Shown here: one piece after another, positions 10,372 through 19,123 of the stretch
How the letters are laid out: each line of letters begins with the position of its first letter
Position numbering within the stretch: the first letter of the stretch is position 1
Origin: Acidobacteriota bacterium
Lineage (GTDB): Bacteria > Acidobacteriota > Aminicenantia > JBFLYD01
NCBI GenBank assembly: GCA_040756905.1
Contig: JBFLYD010000057.1
Coordinates: 162 to 64,161, forward strand
Direction: 5' to 3'
Length of the DNA: 64,000 nt
Translations under genes and position numbers: made by a program
The notes under the pieces: model-generated
The model's input: only the letters and a program-made list of their open reading frames with translations
Database searches by the model: none
Told to the model about the DNA's origin: nothing

Positions 10372-12489
10372 TTATTGAATGGAAAAAATTTTGAAGTTAT
10401 TGAATCTTTTTTTATTTAATTTGTCTTCTAATATAATATAAAGAGAATAATTTCCAGGTTTTAATTCAACTGGGTCAAATTCAACCAAATATATAATTTT
10501 GGTTTGCTGTTCGATTTGATTTAAAATTTTGCAACTAATACTTTTACTTTCTCCTGTGGACAAATTAACTAAAAATGTAAGAATGTTAAACTCAGGTTTA
10601 ATTTCGTTTTCTTCTTTTTCAAATCTTATAACTGCAAATAGATTTGAACTCCCTGGGATATATACTCCAATCAAAGGAATAAATTCACTTTGATTGAATG
10701 GATAAGGCTCTTCATGGAAAGGGTAATTCTTGGTATGTTTATATCTATCGGAGGTAAAACCCGCTAAGAAATTTTGATTGGTGTTTTTTATAAGTAAAAG
10801 AGGTTGAGAAAGTCTTCTATTTCCTCCTTCATCTGAGGCCTTAAAAGATATCGATGCTTTTCCTGATTTTCCCGTTGAAAGATTCCTTATTACAATTCTA
10901 AAGAGATTTTCACCTTTTTTCACAGGTAGAATATTATAAAAAAATAAATTTTGTCCTCTATAATAAGAAACGTCTATCTTTAAATTCTGGAGCAATGTTA
11001 AATCTCCTTCTTTTTCAAGAGAAAGTGTAATAATTTCTACTTTACCTTCTCCCTCGATGAATTTATTCATTGGAATCTCTGTAAATATCAGAGCATTCTC
11101 TTTGCCTTCATCAGAGAACAAAACAGCATCAGAGCTTAGTTTTAATACTTCTCCTGTTATAATTGATTCATCATTTAATGCTAAATCAATCAGATGTAAA
11201 TCTTTTTCAAATTTTGTAAGCTGGGAAAATGGTTTTGGATTAAAATATCCTTTAAGTGTTAAAATTTCTGTACCTTTCCTCTTTACTTTTACTTTTATAC
11301 TATGGAACTTACCATCAGCTACCTCTTCTTTAACATAATATCCGAGCACATAATAATAATCTGTCATTTCTGAGATTTTTTTAACTACAGATTTTAAATC
11401 ATATGTTCCTCCGAAGTATTTTCCTCCAGTTGTATTAGAAAGTTGCATGAGGGAATAATTTACTGAACCAGGATTTGAAGATCTGAGGCTTTCTTCCCCG
11501 GCTGATAATCCTTCTGTGTTTACTGCATAAACAATCGAGCCTGATGCAGCAAGTTCTTTTGCCATCAGTTCATACTCATTAACAAGATCAGTATTTCCTG
11601 CCATTGATTCATCATCAGAGCGACGTACAAAATCCCATATAAATTCTTCCATCCTTTCAGCACTACTAAATTTATCTCCATAGAAAATTCTATTGTTTAT
11701 TCCAGATGAAAATAAAACAATATGCTTAACTCCAGGGATATATTTCAAAGCTTTTGCTAATTCTTTGAAAACAAGAGTAAAATTTGTAACATTGCGTTTA
11801 TATATTTGTATATTAAATTCCTTATCAAACCTTTCTAAATTTTCAATAATTTCGTCTGGCTCTTCCTGAGAGCTTAAGCCTTTTGGAGCAAGTTGATCCA
11901 TTGAGCCTGAATATTCATTACGAAGTTTTTCAGCTCTTCCAAGAAATTTTTGGATTCCAATTTTTTCTATCTCTTTTTTAATTTTTTGATGGTCATCTGT
12001 CAGATATTCAATCATTTTAAAGCCTGACATAAATGAATAAGTCAGTATTCCAACCAAATCTTCAGGCCTTACCTGAGTGTTTATGAAATGAAGGGCTGCT
12101 TCTTTAGCTCTTTTTATTCCCTGAGGAGTATTAAATCCAAAATCAAAAAGAAGGAATATTTTTCTTCTTTCTTCAGGTTTCAAACTCTTCACTTCATCCT
12201 CTGGCTGAATTGTCTCTTCTTTCTTTAATGATTTTCTCTCAAAGTAAGCAACAGTCTTTAATTTACCATCAATGTATATTTCAAAATCTGATTCCTTTAA
12301 ATCTTTAACTGGTTCTCCTTTTTTATTCACTACATATACTTCTACAAGTTTTAGAATAACTTTAACTTCATATTTAAGTTTTTCCTGTTCTTTCTCCTGG
12401 GATGATAATATGTAAGATGGAAAAATAAGGAGAACTATTAGAAGGGAGATAAGACATATATTCAATTTAATTTCATAAAAAGTTTTCAT
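10372..12489 (-). CDS. Large secreted protein, possibly a VWA-related domain protein
   Basis: Probable true start MKTFYEIKLNICLISLLIVLLIF (signal peptide) at complement 12489. The track ORF extended to 12759 through the promoter of the neighbouring gene. The function call is weak. Confidence 0.35.
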   Translation of the reverse strand: MKTFYEIKLNICLISLLIVLLIFPSYILSSQEKEQEKLKYEVKVILKLVEVYVVNKKGEPVKDLKESDFEIYIDGKLKTVAYFERKSLKKEETIQPEDEVKSLKPEERRKIFLLFDFGFNTPQGIKRAKEAALHFINTQVRPEDLVGILTYSFMSGFKMIEYLTDDHQKIKKEIEKIGIQKFLGRAEKLRNEYSGSMDQLAPKGLSSQEEPDEIIENLERFDKEFNIQIYKRNVTNFTLVFKELAKALKYIPGVKHIVLFSSGINNRIFYGDKFSSAERMEEFIWDFVRRSDDESMAGNTDLVNEYELMAKELAASGSIVYAVNTEGLSAGEESLRSSNPGSVNYSLMQLSNTTGGKYFGGTYDLKSVVKKISEMTDYYYVLGYYVKEEVADGKFHSIKVKVKRKGTEILTLKGYFNPKPFSQLTKFEKDLHLIDLALNDESIITGEVLKLSSDAVLFSDEGKENALIFTEIPMNKFIEGEGKVEIITLSLEKEGDLTLLQNLKIDVSYYRGQNLFFYNILPVKKGENLFRIVIRNLSTGKSGKASISFKASDEGGNRRLSQPLLLIKNTNQNFLAGFTSDRYKHTKNYPFHEEPYPFNQSEFIPLIGVYIPGSSNLFAVIRFEKEENEIKPEFNILTFLVNLSTGESKSISCKILNQIEQQTKIIYLVEFDPVELKPGNYSLYIILEDKLNKKRFNNFKIFSIQ

Positions 12490-12574
12490 CTTTACATTTA
12501 ATTTAATACTTTTTTTAAACTTTTTCAATATCCTATTTTGGTCATCCTTGCTGTTCAAATTTTTTAGTTTTAAA

Positions 12575-12603
12575 TTGACACAGGTTTTACTGTAAAATAA
12601 AAT
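12575..12603 (+). promoter_or_regulatory. Sigma-70-like promoter (TTGACA-17 nt-TAAAAT) for the aminotransferase gene
   Basis: TTGACA at 12575-12580, a 17-nt spacer, TAAAAT at 12598-12603. AGGAGG RBS follows at ~12630 and the ATG at 12643. Confidence 0.35.
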
Positions 12604-12642
12604 TTTCTTGGACTTATAAAAACAAAGAAGGAGGACTAATAA

Positions 12643-13842
12643 ATGAAAATATCCAAAAGAGGTAAAGAAATCCAAGCTTCCCCCATAAGAAGACTTGTTC
12701 CCTATTCGGATGAGGCAAAAAAAAGAGGAATTAAAATATACCACCTGAACATCGGTCAACCTGACATTCCAACTCCAAGGCCCATAATCGATGCAATAAA
12801 AAAATACAATGATGAAGTATTAAGCTATGGACCATCAACCGGCTTACCCGAATTAAAAAGACAAATCTCTTTTTATTTTCAAAGATATGGAATCCCTATA
12901 AATGAAGATGAGGTAATCATTACAGTTGGCGGAAGTGAAGCAATTTTATTCTCATTCAATGTAGTGGCTGATCCCGGTGATGAGATTATCGTCCCAGAGC
13001 CATTCTACACTAATTATAATGGTTATGCTTCAATGGCAAATTTGAAAATAAAGCCTGCCACAATGAAAGCAGAGGATGGATTCAGACCGCCAAAAATAAA
13101 AGATTTTGAGAAAAAAATTTCAAAGAGAACAAGGGCAATGTTATTAAATTCTCCAAACAATCCAACTGGAACTGTTTACACAAAAGAAGAGCTTTCAGAA
13201 ATTGTAACCCTGGTAAAAAAATATGACCTTTTTCTTATAAGCGATGAAGTCTATAAAGAATTTATTTATGATGGTATAACTCACACAAGTATTTTAGAGT
13301 TCCCTGATATCTATGACAGGGCAATTGTAGTTGATTCTATTTCAAAAAGGTTCAGTGCATGCGGGGCGAGGGTGGGAGCTGTGGTTTCAAAAAATCAAAA
13401 GGTAATTGAATCCTTAACAAAGTTTGCTCAAGCAAGACTCTGTCCTCAGACAATTGAGCAGCTGGGTGCGATTGCTGCCTATAAGATGGACCCAAGTTAT
13501 TTTGAGCCCATCAAGAAAGAATACGAAAGAAGAAGAAACCTTATGTATGAAGAACTTTCAAATGTAGAAAAGGTTATTTTGAAAAAGCCCCAGGGTGCTT
13601 TTTATATGATTGTAAAATTGCCGGTAAAAAATGCTGAGGATTTCGCCATCTGGTTAATGAAGGATTTTTCTATCGATGGAGAATCTGTTATGGTTGCGCC
13701 TGGAAATGGATTCTATGCAACTCCTAACTCTGGAGAAGATGAAGTAAGAATAGCTTATGTTTTGAAAGAGGAAGATCTAAAGAAAGCTTTAAGAATTTTT
13801 AAAGAAGGACTTAACAAGTATAAAGAAATTAAAGAAGAATAA
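12643..13842 (+). CDS. Class I/II PLP-dependent aminotransferase (aspartate/aromatic aminotransferase-like)
   Basis: NSPNNPTG motif and the SISKRFSACGARVG lysine region. Length 399 aa. Confidence 0.8.
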   Translation: MKISKRGKEIQASPIRRLVPYSDEAKKRGIKIYHLNIGQPDIPTPRPIIDAIKKYNDEVLSYGPSTGLPELKRQISFYFQRYGIPINEDEVIITVGGSEAILFSFNVVADPGDEIIVPEPFYTNYNGYASMANLKIKPATMKAEDGFRPPKIKDFEKKISKRTRAMLLNSPNNPTGTVYTKEELSEIVTLVKKYDLFLISDEVYKEFIYDGITHTSILEFPDIYDRAIVVDSISKRFSACGARVGAVVSKNQKVIESLTKFAQARLCPQTIEQLGAIAAYKMDPSYFEPIKKEYERRRNLMYEELSNVEKVILKKPQGAFYMIVKLPVKNAEDFAIWLMKDFSIDGESVMVAPGNGFYATPNSGEDEVRIAYVLKEEDLKKALRIFKEGLNKYKEIKEE

Positions 13843-14614
13843 TTTGGCTTAAGGGGCAAACTTCAACACCGAGTTTATCCAATTTTTCTCTGGCTGATTG
13901 AATTAACTCAACCGCTCCAGGTGTGTCTGAATGAAGACTAAGTGTATGAAATTTAATTGGAATCTCCCCTCCTTCAACAGTTTTAATTTTTTGGTATAAA
14001 ACCATTCTCTCAAGTTGATTTAATATTTCTTCTCTGTTTTCAATTAAACTTCCTTTAACAGTTCTCGGGACAAGCTCACCTTTTGAATTATAACGCCTAT
14101 CGAGAAAAGCTTCATAAGCGACTCTACATCCTTCATCTTCTGCTGTTTTTGCAAATTGTGAGTTAGCTAAAGCAACAAGCATATAATTTTTATTTATTTT
14201 TTTTATCGCTCTTGAAATTATTCTGGCTAACTCTTTGTCTTTGACTGCCATATTATACAAAGCTCCATGAGGTTTTACATGCTGGATTTCCATTCCCTCT
14301 ATTTCTACCATGGCTTCTAAAGCTCCAATCTGATAGATTAAGATATTTTCAAGGTCGAACTCTTCAATTTTCATTTCTCTCCTTCCAAACCCCATCAAAT
14401 CAGGAAAAGAAGGATGAGCTCCGATTGAAACATTGTGTATTTTTGCAAGCTGAACTATTTTTCTCATGGTAGTCGGATCTCCTCCATGAAAACCGCAACC
14501 AATGTTTATAGATGTCACAAAATTCAATATTCTTTCATCTTCTCCAACTTTCAAATTTCCATAGCTTTCTCCATAATCTGCATTTAAATCTACCTTCATA
14601 TATCCTCTCCTCAA
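13829..14614 (-). CDS. pxpA: 5-oxoprolinase subunit A (LamB/YcsF family)
   Basis: N-terminal MKVDLNADYGESYGN is characteristic of LamB/YcsF. Follows pxpB and pxpC. Confidence 0.8.
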   Translation of the reverse strand: MRRGYMKVDLNADYGESYGNLKVGEDERILNFVTSINIGCGFHGGDPTTMRKIVQLAKIHNVSIGAHPSFPDLMGFGRREMKIEEFDLENILIYQIGALEAMVEIEGMEIQHVKPHGALYNMAVKDKELARIISRAIKKINKNYMLVALANSQFAKTAEDEGCRVAYEAFLDRRYNSKGELVPRTVKGSLIENREEILNQLERMVLYQKIKTVEGGEIPIKFHTLSLHSDTPGAVELIQSAREKLDKLGVEVCPLSQIILL

Positions 14615-14620
14615 ATCTTA

Positions 14621-15556
14621 TTACAATAATTCATAAATATTCTCAATCCTCCTGATATATTCTTCCCTTTTTTTGTATGCTTCCTCAAAGGAAACTCTTC
14701 TAAAAATTATTTTATCCCCTGGCTTCATCTGACCGAATTTATCAAGGTCAGAAACTAAAACCGTCCCTATCTTTGGATAACCTCCTATAGTTGGGCCATC
14801 TGCTAAGATTACAACTGGATTTCCTTCTTTTAGAATCTGAATTGTTCCTGTATTTAATGGCTCGGAGAGAATTTCTCTCTTTTTAAAAGGATAAACCTCA
14901 ATTCCTTTGAGCCTATAACCTGACCTGTCAGATTCAGGCTTTACGATCCATATTTCACTCAAAAATTTTTCATACTCTGAAAAAATTAATTCATCCTCTT
15001 TCTCTAAAATGAAGTCAACTTTAAACGGACTCAAAAAATTCTTCTGATAATTTACCTTGATTTCTTTATGCTTAACAAATTGCCTTATCTCTTTCAATTT
15101 TATAATATCGCCCTCGCTTAACTGCCTTTCCTCATAACCACCTATTTTTCCTTTTGTATAGGTAGAATAAGATCCAAGTGCTACCGGAATATCAAGAAGT
15201 CCTGATACCACAAGATAAGCTCTCGCTCCTTTTTTAACGAAACCCAATTCGAGAAAATTCCCTTTCTTAACAGAAATAGTTTGATTCATTTCAACTTCTT
15301 TCCCATTTAATCGAATTTCGATCTCTCCTCCTGTTATTGCAAAAGCTAAATCTGAGAGAAATTCAATTTTTGGACCGAGCAGAGTAATTTCAAAAGCAGG
15401 GAAATTCCATGGATTCTCTACAAGGGAATTTGCAAGATAGAATGAGAATCTATCCAGAGCTCCTGAGGGCGGCACGCCATAAGCTCTATATCCTTCTCTA
15501 CCTCTGTCCTGAATTGTTGTAAATAAGCCTGGTTTTATGATTCGTATAGCATCCAT
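14621..15556 (-). CDS. pxpC: 5-oxoprolinase subunit C (KipA / allophanate hydrolase subunit 2 family)
   Basis: Family-typical size and sequence. Overlaps the pxpB stop. Confidence 0.7.
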   Translation of the reverse strand: MDAIRIIKPGLFTTIQDRGREGYRAYGVPPSGALDRFSFYLANSLVENPWNFPAFEITLLGPKIEFLSDLAFAITGGEIEIRLNGKEVEMNQTISVKKGNFLELGFVKKGARAYLVVSGLLDIPVALGSYSTYTKGKIGGYEERQLSEGDIIKLKEIRQFVKHKEIKVNYQKNFLSPFKVDFILEKEDELIFSEYEKFLSEIWIVKPESDRSGYRLKGIEVYPFKKREILSEPLNTGTIQILKEGNPVVILADGPTIGGYPKIGTVLVSDLDKFGQMKPGDKIIFRRVSFEEAYKKREEYIRRIENIYELL

Positions 15557-16257
15557 TCTTTCTCCCCTTTTTCAATCCTCGAGTAAGCTTGAGAGTCTAT
15601 GGGCTTAAATTTAACATTATCACCAGGTGAAAGTAAAAATGGATTCTCCTGATTTAAGTCAAAAATTTTTAAAGGAGCTCTTCCGATTATCCTCCATCCT
15701 CCAGCAGTTTCAACAGGATAGATTCCTGTTTGCTTTTCTGCTATCCCCACTGAACCAGGGGGTATTTTAATTCTCGGAGTCTCTCTCCTTGGAACCTGAA
15801 TCCTCTCATCAAGAATTCCCATGTAGGGAAAGCCTGGAGAAAACCCAAGCATAAAAACTCTGTAAATCTTCGACGAGTGAATTTCAATGAATTCTTCTTT
15901 TTTTATGCTGCAAATTTCAGTGACAATATCCAAATCAGGAGAAAAATCTTCCCCATAACAAACAGGAATAACAATGTTTCTTTGAAAACTTTCCTCCTCT
16001 TTATCTAAATTTTCTGAACTATTAACGATATTTTCAATTAAATTTCTTATCTGTTCATACTTTATCGATTCAGGTTTGTAAAAGATTGCAAGCGAAGAAT
16101 ATGCAGGAACTATCTCCTTTATCTCTTTAATTTGTAGGTCTTTAATTCTTCTGGCTATGTTCCATATGATTCTATTTTCTTCAATGTTAATCTCATTTCC
16201 AATTACAAAAAGAATCCCATCCTCGCCAAGGGGAAAATATTTTGCATTCTCAAGCAT
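15535..16257 (-). CDS. pxpB: 5-oxoprolinase subunit B (KipI / allophanate hydrolase subunit 1 family)
   Basis: Family-typical sequence. First gene of the pxpBCA arrangement. Confidence 0.7.
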   Translation of the reverse strand: MLENAKYFPLGEDGILFVIGNEINIEENRIIWNIARRIKDLQIKEIKEIVPAYSSLAIFYKPESIKYEQIRNLIENIVNSSENLDKEEESFQRNIVIPVCYGEDFSPDLDIVTEICSIKKEEFIEIHSSKIYRVFMLGFSPGFPYMGILDERIQVPRRETPRIKIPPGSVGIAEKQTGIYPVETAGGWRIIGRAPLKIFDLNQENPFLLSPGDNVKFKPIDSQAYSRIEKGEKEWMLYES

Positions 16258-16323
16258 GTAATGTATACTTAAAAAATCAAATTTATATATATATTAATCA
16301 TTATTGTTATTCAATATTAATAT

Positions 16324-16451
16324 TTAATACGAACGCACTAATATTTGTTACACCTTACTCGTTTTCCCCCCTCACCTCAATCCTCTCCCCACAGGGGAGA
16401 GGGAGGGGTGAGGGGACAGGAATGCATCGGAATTAAATGCGTTTGTATTAG
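16324..16451. repeat. Repeat family A copy 1: ~128-nt element with TAATAC(G/A)AACGCA terminal inverted repeats and a long GC-rich internal palindrome
   Basis: Near-identical to the reverse complement of 52682-52807. Internal palindrome ccccctcacctcaatcctc ... ggggagagggaggggtgagggg. Confidence 0.65.
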
Positions 16452-16647
16452 TATTATAGTATTAATTTCCTTAACGCCGTAATATCGGTGTCAGGCTTAA
16501 CTTTTTGACACCGTACACGTACAATTAATAGAAACATTTAAAAAGGTTGCAAATAAAAAAGTAGCCTGTCCCCTTTTTCCCTTTTTTGTCTAAATTTGAC
16601 CTTTGTATTAAAAATTATTTATAATCTTTTGAAAAAGAGGAGGAGGA

Positions 16648-17382
16648 ATGAAAAACATATTCTACGGAGCTATTTGTTTATTTTGTATTTCAGTAATTTC
16701 CTTTTCACAGGATGTTGGGAAAATAATGACTGAGGCTGACAATCTTTTTTCGATGAGAGAAGAGTTGAACAAGGCAAAAGAAGCAGCTTCAATATATGAA
16801 AAAATAATCAAATCAGACCCTAAGAACTTTGAAGCTCACTGGAAGTTAGCAAAAACAATTTACTACATCGGAAACCATTCGCCTGAAAAAGAAAGGGTAG
16901 AAATTTTTAATAAAGGTGTTGAAATATCAAAAAAAGCAATAGAAATAAACCCTGATAAAGCAGAAGGTCATTTCTGGCTCGCTGTTTTATATGGAGTCTA
17001 TGGAGAAGCCCGTGGAGTATTAAAAAGCCTTTTTCTTGTTGATGACATAAAAGAAGAAGCTAATAAATCATTGAGCATAGACCCAAATTTAGAAGGCGCT
17101 GGAGCTTACAGGTTACTTGGCAGGATGTACTATAAGCTTCCTGGAATTGCAGGAGGCTCAAAGGAAAAAAGCCTTGAATACCTTTTAAAATCAAAAGAAA
17201 TGTGTCCGACAAATGCATTAACAAGAATCTACCTTGCCGATACATATTTAAAACTCAAGAAAAAAGAAGAGGCAAAAAAAGAATTGCAGGAAGTTATAAA
17301 CATGGAGCCAGATTCAAGATGGATTCCTGAAACAAAAGAATTAAAAAAGAAGGCTGAACAAATGTTAAGGGAGATAAAATGA
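16648..17382 (+). CDS. TPR-repeat protein with N-terminal signal peptide (probable lipoprotein or periplasmic protein)
   Basis: Signal-like MKNIFYGAICLFCISVISFSQ and tetratricopeptide-like helical repeats. Immediately precedes the pseudopilin genes. Confidence 0.55.
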   Translation: MKNIFYGAICLFCISVISFSQDVGKIMTEADNLFSMREELNKAKEAASIYEKIIKSDPKNFEAHWKLAKTIYYIGNHSPEKERVEIFNKGVEISKKAIEINPDKAEGHFWLAVLYGVYGEARGVLKSLFLVDDIKEEANKSLSIDPNLEGAGAYRLLGRMYYKLPGIAGGSKEKSLEYLLKSKEMCPTNALTRIYLADTYLKLKKKEEAKKELQEVINMEPDSRWIPETKELKKKAEQMLREIK

Positions 17383-17393
17383 AACAATTAGTG

Positions 17394-17576
17394 TGCTGTC
17401 CCATAGATATCCTCGCACACAAACAATCTCTGATGAAGCACACTGAATGGGTATTGGGAAGAGGCTTCCCCATGTCTGGGGTGTTTTCAGCGAAGCGTCT
17501 AAAGGGAGCTTGCCCCCAGAGGGAAAGTGCCGTGTCACATCAAAATAACAAAAGGTATTTAGGTGAGACGACACTA
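17394..17576. repeat. Repeat family C copy 1: ~180-nt hairpin-rich element
   Basis: Shares ATAAAGCACACTGAA..GGGGAAGnnnCTTCCCC..CATGTCTGGGG ... AGGGAAAG..GTCACA..GACACTA with 43885-44063 and 48960-49326. Confidence 0.55.
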
Positions 17577-18170
17577 AAAGGCTTTACTCTAATTGAGGTA
17601 ATCGTTGTGCTGGCAGTCATTGCAGTTTTAGCTGCAATCCTCACTCCAATAATCATTAAAAACATAGAAGATGCAAAGATTGCCAGAGCGAAGAGTGATG
17701 TAGAATCTATAGGAAAAGCTATTGTGGAATACAGAAATGACATAGGGTTCTGGCCTTCAAAACATAGAAACGGAGCTTCAAATCCATGGCAAGCGATTAA
17801 TGTTATTGCATCAGAGGATATAACAAAAATCGCTCCTCCTGATGATGGCTCTGATTATGACTGGAACAGGGGGCAGATAAGAACCATGGAACAATTTCTT
17901 ATCAACAATGATAGCCAGATTGTAGAAATAAGCCCTAATCCCCATGGGCTTCCAGCGTGGGAAGGTCCTTACATAACTAAATTGGAATTAGACCCATGGG
18001 AGTATGCTTATGTGGCTAATGTGGGATGGCTTCCTGAAGGAGCTGATTATTCAACTTCGAGCACAAGAAGGGTGTGGGTAATCTCTTCTGGTCCTAACAT
18101 GACAATTGAAACAAAATACACAGGCGAAGGCTCAATAGGTGGAGATGATATTGGATTTGGAATAAAATAA
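17472..18170 (+). CDS. GspG/PulG-like pseudopilin (prepilin-type N-terminal cleavage/methylation domain), paralog 1
   Basis: KGFTLIEVIVVLAVIAVLAAI class III signal, DPWEYAY plus SSGPN GspG-like C-terminal motifs. Start uncertain: the ATG at 17472 lies inside repeat C, an alternative GTG is at 17532. The track ORF (from 17379) is an artefactual fusion with the repeat. Confidence 0.55.
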   Translation: MSGVFSAKRLKGACPQRESAVSHQNNKRYLGETTLKGFTLIEVIVVLAVIAVLAAILTPIIIKNIEDAKIARAKSDVESIGKAIVEYRNDIGFWPSKHRNGASNPWQAINVIASEDITKIAPPDDGSDYDWNRGQIRTMEQFLINNDSQIVEISPNPHGLPAWEGPYITKLELDPWEYAYVANVGWLPEGADYSTSSTRRVWVISSGPNMTIETKYTGEGSIGGDDIGFGIK

Positions 18171-18204
18171 ATTTTTATGATTAAATATAAAAAATGAGTT
18201 TTAA

Positions 18205-19029
18205 ATGGAAATAAAAAAGAAAAACCAAAAAGGATTAACTTTGATTGAAATGATTATTGTTATAGCAATAATCGCTCTTTTAGCAGGTCTCTTTACTCCC
18301 TTAATCTTCAGGAATATTGACCAGAAGAGATTTGACACAACAAGGGAGAAAATGAAAATGATTAAGCAGGCTATCGTTGGAGACCCAACTCACATATTGT
18401 ACAGACAGAGGACATCATTTGGGTACATTGGAGATATGGGAATTTTGCCCAATGCCCTCACTGATTTAATCGTCCAGGGAACCCAGCCAAACTACCAGCA
18501 AGATGGAACATCAGGATTATGGTGGGGATGGAAAGGGCCTTACCTTGAGACAACTCAGACCACAATAAGCGGAAACACTAAATATGTGGCATTGATAGAC
18601 GCATGGGGAAATGACATTCAGTATACAAAAAATTTATCAGGAAATCCTGTTGTTACCCTTCAATCCTATGGTCCTGATGGAGCCTCAGGAGGAGGCGATG
18701 ATGTATTTGTTTATATCTTTTTCCAGGAAGCATTCTCCTACTTACAAGGAAACTCTCAGGATGAATGTGGAATGGGAATTCTATTTGGAGCAATAAGATT
18801 ATATTATCCAAATGGAACAACAGTGACATATGCAACTGCAACAAACTCCACCGGTAATTTTACGTATTCATTAACTACATTTCCTGCAGGTGTTAGAAAA
18901 TTGATTGCCGATGCAAATAACAATGGAAGCTTTGCTGATTCAGTAGATTTGAATCAATTCTGCGTCATAAACAATGGACCTGTCAATGGAATTAACTTGA
19001 GAAGAAAAGGAACCTGCGCCTGGCCATAA
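18205..19029 (+). CDS. GspG/PulG-like pseudopilin, paralog 2
   Basis: Leader MEIKKKNQKG then LTLIEMIIVIAIIALLAG. DAWGNDIQY and SYGPDGASGGGDD GspG-type motifs. Confidence 0.7.
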   Translation: MEIKKKNQKGLTLIEMIIVIAIIALLAGLFTPLIFRNIDQKRFDTTREKMKMIKQAIVGDPTHILYRQRTSFGYIGDMGILPNALTDLIVQGTQPNYQQDGTSGLWWGWKGPYLETTQTTISGNTKYVALIDAWGNDIQYTKNLSGNPVVTLQSYGPDGASGGGDDVFVYIFFQEAFSYLQGNSQDECGMGILFGAIRLYYPNGTTVTYATATNSTGNFTYSLTTFPAGVRKLIADANNNGSFADSVDLNQFCVINNGPVNGINLRRKGTCAWP

Positions 19030-19123
19030 AACAATACAAACTCAAGTGCTATACGCTTTTTTTGAGAAAATTTGTTGGTAAAAATATTCAGGAGACTCTA
19101 ATATTAAATCATCATAAAAAATA

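Noticed and set aside
17379-17471. N-terminal 31 aa of the track ORF 17379-18170 (MKQLVCCPIDILAHKQSLMKHTEWVLGRGFP)
   Set aside because: This segment is the translation of repeat family C, whose same sequence occurs in two non-coding contexts. The genuine pseudopilin starts further downstream.
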